This document shows, piece by piece, positions 8,772 through 18,246 of a DNA stretch of 64,000 nt. Numbering within the stretch: the stretch's first letter is position 1; the number at the start of each line of letters is the position of its first letter. The translations under genes and the position numbers were made by a program. This DNA comes from a virus (Duplodnaviria; Caudoviricetes). The DNA is taken from the IMG/VR virus record IMGVR_UViG_2974529992_000001, positions 3,119 to 67,118 of that record. One strand, 5' to 3'. Below the pieces are notes generated by a model that saw nothing but the letters and a program-made list of their open reading frames with translations, was not told the origin of the DNA and searched no databases.

Positions 8772-8956
8772 TGGAGGAGCTTCGCTGTGACGGGAAACTG
8801 CACGGTATACTCAAGGGGAAGCTCCTCGAGGTTAAGTGCGGTTCTCGTCGCTGCGGGGCCAAACAGGGTGTGACAGTGTTTCACCTATTCCACACGGAGA
8901 GCGGGGCTCTTCTATCAACAACGAAGAAACGTGAAGAAGGGAAGACCCCAGAATGA
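8771..8956 (+). CDS. Small zinc-ribbon-like protein (61 aa)
   Basis: LRCDGKLHG...EVKCGSRRCG; coupled start/stop overlaps on both sides. Confidence 0.65.
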   Translation: MEELRCDGKLHGILKGKLLEVKCGSRRCGAKQGVTVFHLFHTESGALLSTTKKREEGKTPE

Positions 8957-9816
8957 CCGCTCCGATGCAGACCGCGCTTCCGTACGGTGTTCGTGACATC
9001 AAGCTCACCCCGTACATCGACGCGCTGGGTACCGTTCTCGGCACCTCCAGTGTCGACCTGCCCTACGCACAGACCCTCAGCTTCTCCGAAGCGGAGGAGA
9101 CCACCGAACTCCGTGGTGACGACAAGCTGGTGACCATCCACGGCCAGGGCGCGCAGGTCGACCTGTCGCTCGAGTCGGGCGGCATTTCGCTCGCAGCCTG
9201 GAAGATCCTCACCGGCGGCTCGCTCGTGGAGGAAGGCGTCGCACCCAACCGCCGGATCCGCCTCCGCAAGCGCTCCAGCGACGTGCGTCCGTACTTCCGG
9301 GTCGAGGGCCAGTCGATCAGCGACGCGGGCGGCGACGTCCACGTGACGATCTTCCGCTGCCGTCTCAACGGCGACCTGGCAGGCGACTTCACCGACGGCG
9401 AATTCTTCGTCTCGAACGCCTCCGGCCAGGGCCTGCCGCTGCTGGACGACACGAACGACCTGCTCTACGACTTCGTCCAGAACGAGCAGAAGTCGGCCAT
9501 CTCGCTCACGCCGACCCCGAACCCGCTGCCCACCCCGCAGAACGTCGCAGCGGGCGCGGTCACCAATGCCTCGGTCGCCCTCGACTGGGACGACGTGGCA
9601 GGCGCAACCGAGTACAAGGTCCAGGCTTCGGTCAGCCCGTACTCGGCTTGGACCGACGTCATCGACTCGGCCGGTGGCGAGCCCACGACCAGCAGCACCA
9701 CGGTCACCGGTCTCAGCGCGAGCACCGCGTACAAGTTCCGGGTCAAGGCGGTTCTGCCCTCCGGAACCTCGGACGCATCGGTCGACACCGGCGTCGTCAC
9801 CACCGCCGCGCCGTAA
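8953..9816 (+). CDS. Major tail protein with C-terminal fibronectin type III domain
   Basis: High codon bias; C-terminal PQNV...LDWDDV..ATEYKVQ...TVTGLSASTAYKFRVKA. Confidence 0.9.
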   Translation: MTAPMQTALPYGVRDIKLTPYIDALGTVLGTSSVDLPYAQTLSFSEAEETTELRGDDKLVTIHGQGAQVDLSLESGGISLAAWKILTGGSLVEEGVAPNRRIRLRKRSSDVRPYFRVEGQSISDAGGDVHVTIFRCRLNGDLAGDFTDGEFFVSNASGQGLPLLDDTNDLLYDFVQNEQKSAISLTPTPNPLPTPQNVAAGAVTNASVALDWDDVAGATEYKVQASVSPYSAWTDVIDSAGGEPTTSSTTVTGLSASTAYKFRVKAVLPSGTSDASVDTGVVTTAAP

Positions 9817-9857
9817 TCCTCAGCAAGACACGTTTCTAGGAGCCCTAGGAGGCCAAC

Positions 9858-10427
9858 ATGTCGGAAGAACTCACGGCAGACGACTTCAAGATCTCGAACG
9901 GATGGGGTCGGGTCAAGCCCATGATGGCGCTTGACCTCCCCTCCGAGTCGAGAGTCCTCATCCGAGAGCTGGAGATCCAAGACCTGCTCAAGATGGGCAT
10001 CCTCGATCTCGTCGACTCCTTCTCGCAGGAGATCCTTCCCAAGAACACCCCGAAAGGTGATTCGGCCGAGAAGAAGTTCCTGCAGGACCTGGCGGAGAAC
10101 TCCGGCCAGTTCGAGAAGATGGTCGACGTGATGAATCAGATCGCGGCCGCAGCCATCGTCAAGCCCGCAGTGACCTATGTCGCTCCTCCGCAACCCGGTT
10201 CGCAACCCGAGGATTTGGACCCGGACAAGGTCTACGCCCACCTGATTCCTCTGGAAGACCGGCTCGCCATCTTCGAGAAGGCGGTGGCTGGGATGGACGA
10301 CTTGTTTCGCACTGGCGAAGGACAAGCCGAAGGTGTGGCAGCTGTGGCAGATGTCCAAGGAGTACCAGCGAACCCCGGCGGAGCTCATCGGAGTGTCGCA
10401 TCCCACCCGAGCCTTCTTTCTGAATAG
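9858..10427 (+). CDS. Tail assembly chaperone (G-like)
   Basis: Between major tail and tape measure genes; SD AGGAGG. Confidence 0.85.
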   Translation: MSEELTADDFKISNGWGRVKPMMALDLPSESRVLIRELEIQDLLKMGILDLVDSFSQEILPKNTPKGDSAEKKFLQDLAENSGQFEKMVDVMNQIAAAAIVKPAVTYVAPPQPGSQPEDLDPDKVYAHLIPLEDRLAIFEKAVAGMDDLFRTGEGQAEGVAAVADVQGVPANPGGAHRSVASHPSLLSE

Positions 10428-10662
10428 AGGAATATGGCTGTTCTGCCGCATGGTCGAAGGTGAGGTAGAACAAGCTGGGTCTAGGGTGAAGAACGCCTCG
10501 CAGGCGGCAGGGCTTCGACAAAGCACTTTGATGAAGTACCTGTATCCCGACGATCCAACCAAGCGATTCAGAACGGCTCAGACACCAACTGAGAAGGCCG
10601 GGCCTTCCGCGAGTGGAGAAGAATTCTTCACTAAGAATTTCGGGCAGCGGAGAGGTTTGTGA
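10306..10662 (+). CDS. Tail assembly chaperone extension (T-like), probably reached by +1 frameshift
   Basis: Frame open 10246-10662, overlaps the G-like ORF and ends 1 nt before the tape measure start; TTT CGC at 10305-10310. Confidence 0.7.
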   Translation, partial: FALAKDKPKVWQLWQMSKEYQRTPAELIGVSHPTRAFFLNRGIWLFCRMVEGEVEQAGSRVKNASQAAGLRQSTLMKYLYPDDPTKRFRTAQTPTEKAGPSASGEEFFTKNFGQRRGL

Positions 10663-10663
10663 G

Positions 10664-13600
10664 ATGTCAGATTATGATCTCGGTAGGGCTCATGGCGAAA
10701 TCGAGATCACCACTGACGTCGACTCTGAAGGCATTGCTCGGAAGCTAGACCGCATTCGAAGTTCTGTCGGACGACTCGCTCGTCAGTTCAGGGACGCCGA
10801 AGACAAGTTGCAGCGTTTCGAGCGAGTCGCCGACAGGATTCAGCGAAGCACTCAGCGTCTTGCGAGCACTGGCTCCAAGATGATCCGCACCTTCGCCCAG
10901 ATGGGCTCTCAGGTCGTCTCGACCACTCGCCAGATCACAGGTCTGGACAATGCCCTCGTAGATCTGCGGAATACCGCACAGTCTGTCGCCAAGGGCATCA
11001 TGTCCGCGACAATGGCGATGTCGGAGTTCTCCAGCGTCTCAGGGATCGCAGGGGCAGCTCTGCACAAATTCGCCGGCATCGGGAAAGAGCTGGCGAATTT
11101 CCCTAAGTGGGCTCAGGATGTCGTAAAGCTCGCCGGTACGATCGGGACCATCGGCGCAGTCAGCGGCAAGGCTGGCGCGGTAGCTCGTAGCCGTCTCGTC
11201 CCCGCTGTTCGTAGCGCTGTCGGAGCAATGGGCGCTATGTCCATCGCTGGCGTACTGCTTCGTGATCGAGTTCAGGGCGTCGCCTTCGGTCTGGGAATGG
11301 CCTTCCCGCAGATCGACACTTTCGCGCAGAAGCTGAAGAGCGCTGGCCGCGATATGCGCGGCTTCGGCGACAACGCGAACAAGATTCTCCAGGGCACCTC
11401 CAAGATGATTCTTGGAATGGCTGCCGTCCGGAGCGGACTGAGGGGGCTGGCAGGAGCCCTCTCCAAGGTTGCTCCGCTCATGAAGTACTTCGCCGCTGGC
11501 ACTCTGGCGCTTGGGGCGCTTGGTCCTATCGCCACCGTTATCCTTGGGATAGTTGACGCTGTCAAGCAGCTTTCGGGCGCTGCTCTGATATTGCCTGGCG
11601 CGCTAGCAGTGCTGGTCACAGCGGGCGGGGTTGCTGCCGTTGCCATCAGCGGCCTAGGACAGGCGTTCAAGGCGGGGTTTGGCGAGGCCGAGGACTTTGA
11701 GAAGGAGATCAAGGACCTATCGCCTCGACTCGTAGAGTTCGCCCGCAGTATCCAGCCTCTCCGCAAGGAATTCCTCGACCTCCGCAACTCGGTCACCGAG
11801 GCTGCGTTCGATGGCCTGATCGACAGCTTCAAGGACATCGCCGAGTCTTGGCTGCCTCTCCTCGAGAGCGGCATGGTCCACGTAGCTGGCGGAATTGACA
11901 ACATCACGAACTCAGTGTTGCGGTTCGCTACTGCCAGAGTTACGATGGAGTCGTTCGCGTTTGTGTTCGCGAATACCCGTACTGTTCTTGACAATGTTGC
12001 ATCCGGTGTTGAACCAGTTCTTCGAGGCTTTCGTACGATCGGTGTGATCGGCACCGTTGCGGTTGTTCAGCTCACCAGGAATCTGGGGGCTCTGGCCTTC
12101 CTGTTTGAGAATTGGACGACCAGGGTCGCCGCAGACGGAAGTCTCGAAGGCTGGATTAACGACGGCGTCCAAGGTTTCCGAGATCTCTGGCACATCATGC
12201 GAGATGTGTCCATGGCCACTTATGAGTTGTTCCAGGCATTCGGTGGCAATGGCGATGGTGCGCTAGAGAAGACCGCAGACGGTGCCAAGGCTCTCCGCCA
12301 GGCGATGGAAGGGCTAGGGAATAACGACACCTTCCAGAAGGTCGTTACTCATCTCGAGTACGCTTCGGGCAAGATCGTAGAGACCTTCCTGGAGATCGGC
12401 AGGGTCGCCGGTTCTGCCTTCGTGAACATCATCCCAGAGATGGAGGCTCTGGCAGCAGGATTCGCCTCCAAGTTTATACCGATCATGAAGATCGCGATCC
12501 AGACCCTCGAGGTCTTTATCAACGTGATCGGTGCGTTGGGTCTGGACACCGTGATAGGCCAGGCTCTCGGTATGGCCGCTGCTCTGCGGCTCATGCTGCC
12601 GGTGGTCATGGTTCTCGTGAACGCCTTCAAGCTGCTCGCTGCCTCCATGATCTTCACCGGGGCTCAGAACGCGCTTCTCGGAATCGCGACGGCTTTGGAT
12701 ACGTTCTCGCGCAAGGCGAAGGTCGCAGAGACCTCGGTCGGCAAGTGGACCAGTCGAGCAAGCAACGGGTTCCTGACTCTAGCCGGATTGATGACGGGTC
12801 CGGTTCTGGCAGCGATCGCTACCGTGGTCGCAGCATTCATGTCGATCAGGGCCAAGAACACATTCGTTGATGAATGGAACTCTCAGCTCCGCAAGGACGC
12901 CATCGAGGCGAAGGAAGCTGCCGAGGGCATCCGAGATGCTTTCTTCGAGAACAACGGTAAGTTCGGCAAGAATGTCTTCGACGCGGTCTCTGCTTCCATC
13001 GATACGATGGAAGCCAAGATCGAGGGCCAGGCCAACAAGGGTCCGGGCTTCATGGAGTGGATGGGCGCTGCCTTCGAGGACGTGCCCACGGCGTTCGGCG
13101 ACGACTACAACAAGAACACCAAGCAACTCCAGGACATGGATCATCTCCAGGATCGCGCACTGCGCGTTCGGGAGGCCATCGACGAAATCGGTTGGAGCCA
13201 GGAGGAACTCACAACCGCGATCACCGGCAGTACTCACGAATACAACGAGCTCGTAACCGCTCTTCAGGGGACCGAGTACGGCGGCGGAGAGGCGATCGAA
13301 GAGTTCGCCGCCCAGCGAGCTGAGTTCGAGGCTATCGCTCAGTCCATGCGCGAGCTCGGCCCCGACACGATTCAGCTCGCGAACGCAATGGGCGTCCTGG
13401 CGGATGAGTCGTCTACAGCCGCTGACAAGCTCAGTGCGATCACCTCCGCCCTGGAGGCAATGGGTCTTCTCCAGGTCAGCGAAGCTGAGGCGTTCTCTCG
13501 TCTGCGCGACTCCATCAAGGAGGTCACGACAGAGGCGAGCCAGCTTGCCGAGATCGATACCGGTCAGCTGTTCAACAAGGACGGCTCGATTGATCTTGCC

Positions 13601-16600
13601 AGTCAGGCATACGGAACATTCTGGGAGACAGTTCGTCCCATCTCGGATAACCTGCGATCCATTGCAGCAGCAGGCGGAGATGTTGGAGCGAACCTTTCGC
13701 GAGCGTGGGACGAAGCGGCACCGGCACTCCAGGCGGTTCAGCAGGAGCTTGGCCTCACCGACGCACAGATGCAGACCCTCTATCGCAGCACCGGTCTCGT
13801 TCCTAAGGAACTCGAGATGCTGGTCAGCGTCGAGGGAATGGACGCCTCATACAGCGAGCTTCTGCGGCTCAGTTCCGAGGCCAGCAAGATCAACGGAACT
13901 CCGGTCGAGGTTCAGACCACGATCCAGGACAGCGACACGATTTCGATGCTCCAGGGCATTGGGGCTGAAGTCGAGGTTCTCAACGCCAAGACTGGGCAAG
14001 TCAAGGTCCACTTCAAGGACGAGGGTGTCTGGGACGACTACCTGAAGCTCATCGCCCGCATCGAGTACGATAGCGGTGCGAAGGTCGGTATCGAGCTCAA
14101 CCCCGAAGACGCCAAGGCGGTTGAGGATCACATCAACTGGCTGAGGAGCCAGGGACGAGTCGCGAACACGGAGACTCCTGGAGCGGTAGAGCAGGGCGTT
14201 CCTGGACAGGAGCCTCCTCCCGGAAGGCAGCAGAAGCCAGGACAGCAACCAGCTCCAGAGCCGGTTCAGAAGCCCGGAGCTCCTCCTTCTACCACCGATC
14301 AACTCTTTAAGAATCTCGAGCCCTCAAGTCGCAAGCCGGGACAGCCTGCCCCTCCGCCTGCACCAGGACAGCCCGCTCCGCCTCCGGAACAGGTGTCGCC
14401 TGAACAGCTTCCGGAGAAGAAGCAGATCGATGTCATTATCGGCGGAGGCGATCATCTCGGAATCCTAGCGAGAATTGCAGCGGCTGTTCAGGCTCTCCCG
14501 GCACGCAAGGACGTGCAGGTCATCATCGCAGGCGGTGATCATCTGGGGATCCTTGCACGAATCACCGCAGCGGTCAACGCCCTTCCCGCTCGTAAGGATG
14601 TTCAGGTCATCATCGCCGGTGGTGATCATCTCGGTATCCTTCAGCGCATTGTGGCCGCAGTTCAGGCTCTGCCTGCGAGCAGGGATATCCATGTCAATCT
14701 GACCGGTGTCCCAGAGATCCACGCTTCACTGGGTGGTGTTCGCCAGGCGATCGACGGAGTTGTTCAGGCAGCTGAAGGCTTCGCGGCCAAGATGATCGAC
14801 GTTGCCAATCGTAGCGTAGCAGCGATCAATCGCGTTAAGGACGTGATCAACGGCGTCAAAACGACGATGGACACCGTGGCTCGCAGTGCATTCGCCAGCG
14901 GTCAGTCTCTCGGCCAGGGCTTCGCAGACGGAATCAAGTCGAAGCAGGCCGCAGTTCGAGAAGCTTCCATGGCTCTGGCTCGGTCGGCCAGCGAACCTCT
15001 TCCGCGCTCTCCCGCAAAGATCGGTCCGTTCTCGGGACGCGGCTGGACACCCTTCCGCGGTCGCAGCCTGGCGGAAGGGTTCGCCAAGGGTATCCATGAC
15101 GGCTCGGACGAAACCCAGAAGGCCAGCCTCGACATGGTCGCGAACATCGCCAAGGCGATGGACGGGATCCGAATGGCCTTCGGTCTTACCCCCACGTTCT
15201 TCGAGGAGAATCGGACACCGGGTCCGGGCGGCAAGCGATACTTCCGTGATCCGGAAGTTACCGATGAAGAGCTTCGAGAGGCTCGAGAGAAGGCAGCCGA
15301 GAAGCAGGCTGAGAAGGACGAGATCGCGGCCGAGAAGGCTGCGACAAAGATCCCAGACGCCGAGAAGAGAATCGCCGAAGCTCAAGAGTCCGTCGTGGAG
15401 GCTCAGCAGCGAGCAACTGAGGCTCGAACCAAGGCGAATCAGAAGCCAGGAGACCAGAAGGCTCAGGACGCAGCGTTCCGCGCCGAGGAATCTCTGGACA
15501 AGGCTCGGGAGCGTCAGACCAAGGCGGAGTCCACCCTTCGCGAGCTTCAGGCTTCTGCGGCGAACGCAGGAACCGGAACCGGTGCAGGCGGAGCAGCTGT
15601 CGAAGGCAGCAGCGACGCTCTAGTCAAGAGCCTGGATAACGCTCAGTATCAGATGGGCGGATTCAGCCAGGCAGTTCTTGACTGCACCGGCTTCGTGTCG
15701 GCCTTGGCCAACGCGCGCACCGGGCGTCCGATGTTCAGCGAGCGTGGCAACACCACGAACCTTCGAGAGTTCCTCCTCGCTCGAGGATTCAAGGAAGGAA
15801 AGGGCGGTCAGGGAGACCTCTCCGTTGGCTGGTGGGACAACGGCGGTGGTGCCAATGGTCACGCAGCCATTACCACCGAAAGTGGGCTTAACGCCGAATC
15901 GACCACCGGAGGTGTTCGATTCGGCGAGGGTGCAGCGGGTGCTCGCAGCAATAACTCGCAGTTCACTGACTTCATGTACCTCCCAGGTCGTGGTGGTGGC
16001 GTTGCCGCAGTGCCGATCGAAAACAAGCCTGCGATAGATCCCGCAAGCGACCAGCTCACTCAGGACCAGGTTGCCCAGCTCATCATCGCCGAAGGTGAGG
16101 CAGCCGGTGCAACCGAGGACGAGATCAAGGCCGCTCTTTCGACCGCTTTGGTTGAGAACAACTTGTCCAACAAGCGTGGCGGACCCGACAGCTCTACCGG
16201 AGCGTTCCAGCAGCAGAACTTCGGTGAGTGGACGAAGGACGGTCGAAACCGCGACAACGTGAGCGATGCTTCTCGTACCTTTTACGAGCAGCTCCTTCAG
16301 ACGCGCGGCAAGGGTACCCCCGGTCAACGTGCGCAGATGGTTCAGCGCTCGGCATATCCGGACAAGTACGATCAGCGCATGGCAGAAGCCTCCATGTTCT
16401 ATACTCGGAACAAGGGTGCCGCAGAGAGCTTCGGTTCTGCGAGCGGCATGGCTGCAACCGCTGGCAACACCGAGGACACAGTCGCCCTTCTCCGCCAGAA
16501 CAACAAGACGCTCGATCAGGCGATCACAACGGCTCAGGACCCGAACGCCAGCGAAGGCGATGTGATCCGGGCGCTCCAGGACATCGACGACGCAATGGTC

Positions 16601-17365
16601 GGCATGTCGGCCACCGAGCGTCAGTCCATGGACAGTATCCGCGAAGCGGTGATGACCGATCGTGGCATCAAGGAATACGATCCCTTCGAGGACGCTCCAG
16701 AGACCCCGAAGGAATGGTTCGACACCATCTTTACGGGGATCATCGCGAACGTCGTCGGTTTGATCCAGACGATCGAGGGCGGCATCAACGCCGCCGTGGA
16801 CATGGCGCACCTGGTCTCTCGAGGATTCGCCAATACGAACGACGTTCATACATTCGTCGACGGAATCCAGGGTCTGGTGGGAACGGCGGTCGAGATCGCC
16901 AGCACCATCGGTAGCGTGATCCAGAGTGTCGCCAGCATCGCAGCTGTCGCAGGAGCAGCCATCCCGGGGATCGGCCAGGTGGGGGCCGTAATCTCGGCAG
17001 TCTCCGGCGGCATCGCAGACGTGAACGCCGTGGTAGACTTGATGCAGGATGTGACCAAGATCGGTGGACGACTGTTCGGTGGTGCTCTCTCCAGCCTTCT
17101 CGGCCTTGGCGGAACAGGCCAGCTCGAAGGGCAGATTCGAACTTTGATGGACCTGAACGACAAGACCATCAAGACCTGGAGTGATCGCAACGCAGCAGAC
17201 AAATCGGTCATGGGCCTACCGGGGTCTCAGGTTCGAGATCCCAATCAGGCTAGCAACTTCCGTGACCTGAACATCTACCAGGGTCCCGGACAGGACCCAG
17301 CGGAGATGATGAACAACGCGATGTTCGCGGTGGCAGCGCACAGTCAGGGAGTGTACGGCGGATGA
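10664..17365 (+). CDS. Tape measure protein (2233 aa) with C-terminal cell-wall hydrolase domains
   Basis: Longest ORF, A/G/L-rich helical; ATG at 10664 after GGAGAGG; DCTGF...GHAAI and VENN...STGAFQQ...VQRSAYP motifs. Confidence 0.95.
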   Translation: MSDYDLGRAHGEIEITTDVDSEGIARKLDRIRSSVGRLARQFRDAEDKLQRFERVADRIQRSTQRLASTGSKMIRTFAQMGSQVVSTTRQITGLDNALVDLRNTAQSVAKGIMSATMAMSEFSSVSGIAGAALHKFAGIGKELANFPKWAQDVVKLAGTIGTIGAVSGKAGAVARSRLVPAVRSAVGAMGAMSIAGVLLRDRVQGVAFGLGMAFPQIDTFAQKLKSAGRDMRGFGDNANKILQGTSKMILGMAAVRSGLRGLAGALSKVAPLMKYFAAGTLALGALGPIATVILGIVDAVKQLSGAALILPGALAVLVTAGGVAAVAISGLGQAFKAGFGEAEDFEKEIKDLSPRLVEFARSIQPLRKEFLDLRNSVTEAAFDGLIDSFKDIAESWLPLLESGMVHVAGGIDNITNSVLRFATARVTMESFAFVFANTRTVLDNVASGVEPVLRGFRTIGVIGTVAVVQLTRNLGALAFLFENWTTRVAADGSLEGWINDGVQGFRDLWHIMRDVSMATYELFQAFGGNGDGALEKTADGAKALRQAMEGLGNNDTFQKVVTHLEYASGKIVETFLEIGRVAGSAFVNIIPEMEALAAGFASKFIPIMKIAIQTLEVFINVIGALGLDTVIGQALGMAAALRLMLPVVMVLVNAFKLLAASMIFTGAQNALLGIATALDTFSRKAKVAETSVGKWTSRASNGFLTLAGLMTGPVLAAIATVVAAFMSIRAKNTFVDEWNSQLRKDAIEAKEAAEGIRDAFFENNGKFGKNVFDAVSASIDTMEAKIEGQANKGPGFMEWMGAAFEDVPTAFGDDYNKNTKQLQDMDHLQDRALRVREAIDEIGWSQEELTTAITGSTHEYNELVTALQGTEYGGGEAIEEFAAQRAEFEAIAQSMRELGPDTIQLANAMGVLADESSTAADKLSAITSALEAMGLLQVSEAEAFSRLRDSIKEVTTEASQLAEIDTGQLFNKDGSIDLASQAYGTFWETVRPISDNLRSIAAAGGDVGANLSRAWDEAAPALQAVQQELGLTDAQMQTLYRSTGLVPKELEMLVSVEGMDASYSELLRLSSEASKINGTPVEVQTTIQDSDTISMLQGIGAEVEVLNAKTGQVKVHFKDEGVWDDYLKLIARIEYDSGAKVGIELNPEDAKAVEDHINWLRSQGRVANTETPGAVEQGVPGQEPPPGRQQKPGQQPAPEPVQKPGAPPSTTDQLFKNLEPSSRKPGQPAPPPAPGQPAPPPEQVSPEQLPEKKQIDVIIGGGDHLGILARIAAAVQALPARKDVQVIIAGGDHLGILARITAAVNALPARKDVQVIIAGGDHLGILQRIVAAVQALPASRDIHVNLTGVPEIHASLGGVRQAIDGVVQAAEGFAAKMIDVANRSVAAINRVKDVINGVKTTMDTVARSAFASGQSLGQGFADGIKSKQAAVREASMALARSASEPLPRSPAKIGPFSGRGWTPFRGRSLAEGFAKGIHDGSDETQKASLDMVANIAKAMDGIRMAFGLTPTFFEENRTPGPGGKRYFRDPEVTDEELREAREKAAEKQAEKDEIAAEKAATKIPDAEKRIAEAQESVVEAQQRATEARTKANQKPGDQKAQDAAFRAEESLDKARERQTKAESTLRELQASAANAGTGTGAGGAAVEGSSDALVKSLDNAQYQMGGFSQAVLDCTGFVSALANARTGRPMFSERGNTTNLREFLLARGFKEGKGGQGDLSVGWWDNGGGANGHAAITTESGLNAESTTGGVRFGEGAAGARSNNSQFTDFMYLPGRGGGVAAVPIENKPAIDPASDQLTQDQVAQLIIAEGEAAGATEDEIKAALSTALVENNLSNKRGGPDSSTGAFQQQNFGEWTKDGRNRDNVSDASRTFYEQLLQTRGKGTPGQRAQMVQRSAYPDKYDQRMAEASMFYTRNKGAAESFGSASGMAATAGNTEDTVALLRQNNKTLDQAITTAQDPNASEGDVIRALQDIDDAMVGMSATERQSMDSIREAVMTDRGIKEYDPFEDAPETPKEWFDTIFTGIIANVVGLIQTIEGGINAAVDMAHLVSRGFANTNDVHTFVDGIQGLVGTAVEIASTIGSVIQSVASIAAVAGAAIPGIGQVGAVISAVSGGIADVNAVVDLMQDVTKIGGRLFGGALSSLLGLGGTGQLEGQIRTLMDLNDKTIKTWSDRNAADKSVMGLPGSQVRDPNQASNFRDLNIYQGPGQDPAEMMNNAMFAVAAHSQGVYGG
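14432..14692 (+). repeat. Three tandem 87-nt (29-aa) repeats within the tape measure gene
   Basis: VIIxGGDHLGILxRIxAAVxALPAxxD at 14432, 14519, 14606. Confidence 0.9.
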
Positions 17366-18231
17366 ACTTGATCGAAGGCCAGTGGCAGATCGGCAGCGTG
17401 AAGTTCGGCAAGGGGACAAAGATCCCCATCATGACCGTCGAGCCGATCGGTTATGAGGTCTCAGCCGGCGATCGTCCGTTGCCCATGTCGGATCAGATCA
17501 GATTCACCAAGGATTATATCCAGCCTGGAGTCATGCAATTTCAGATGGCTGTGTTGGACAATCATATTCTAGAAGACATGCTCGATGCCCCGGTGGACCT
17601 CGCGGCTCTTGGTATCGTTCCGGGTCACGAGCTTCTCGAGGCTCTGAAGAACGAGTGGCTGGGTGACGAAGTCCGACTCCAATGGGGCAAGGTTAAGCCT
17701 CTGACTTACCGTGCGGCGGGCTATAACCGTATGGTGTACGGTCGGCCGCGCAACTTTGCTTCCGCCCCGTTGAAGCACCGGCCAGGGTGGTATGGCATCA
17801 CGGCCAGCTACCAGCTAGCCGACGCCTCTTCATACGAGGAGAAATTCGATCAGGTTACGGTCAACCCCACAGCGAACGGGGTGAACGGCGGCAGCCTGAC
17901 ACGAGATCAGGAGGCCCTGTCTCCTACGTGGCTTAAAGCTGCGATCATCGGACCGATCAGCAATCCGGTTGTGAAGCTAGGCCCGTACACTGTCCCGATC
18001 AACTACGTGATTCCGGCTGGTCAGACGGTTGAGATCAACTCTTTCCCTTGGGAACGTCGAGCGGTCACGAGCACGAACCTGAACATTGGTTCGAAGTTGC
18101 CAAGCGATACTTATCTCGAAGACCTTCGTATTCCCGCGAAGGCTACCTGGCCCGTTGCTCTTCACGGTGGTTCGACCACCTCGGCAACGAAGCTCCTGGT
18201 ACAATGGCAAGAGGCGTATCGCGCTATTTGA
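17362..18231 (+). CDS. Minor tail protein (distal tail/Dit-like)
   Basis: First gene after the tape measure; 289 aa. Confidence 0.8.
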   Translation: MNLIEGQWQIGSVKFGKGTKIPIMTVEPIGYEVSAGDRPLPMSDQIRFTKDYIQPGVMQFQMAVLDNHILEDMLDAPVDLAALGIVPGHELLEALKNEWLGDEVRLQWGKVKPLTYRAAGYNRMVYGRPRNFASAPLKHRPGWYGITASYQLADASSYEEKFDQVTVNPTANGVNGGSLTRDQEALSPTWLKAAIIGPISNPVVKLGPYTVPINYVIPAGQTVEINSFPWERRAVTSTNLNIGSKLPSDTYLEDLRIPAKATWPVALHGGSTTSATKLLVQWQEAYRAI

Positions 18232-18246
18232 GTCCTAGGAGACCGC

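Noticed and set aside
10240-10430. Canonical -1 slippery heptamer in the tail chaperone
   Set aside because: No XXXYYYZ found, and the -1 frame stops at 10421-10423.
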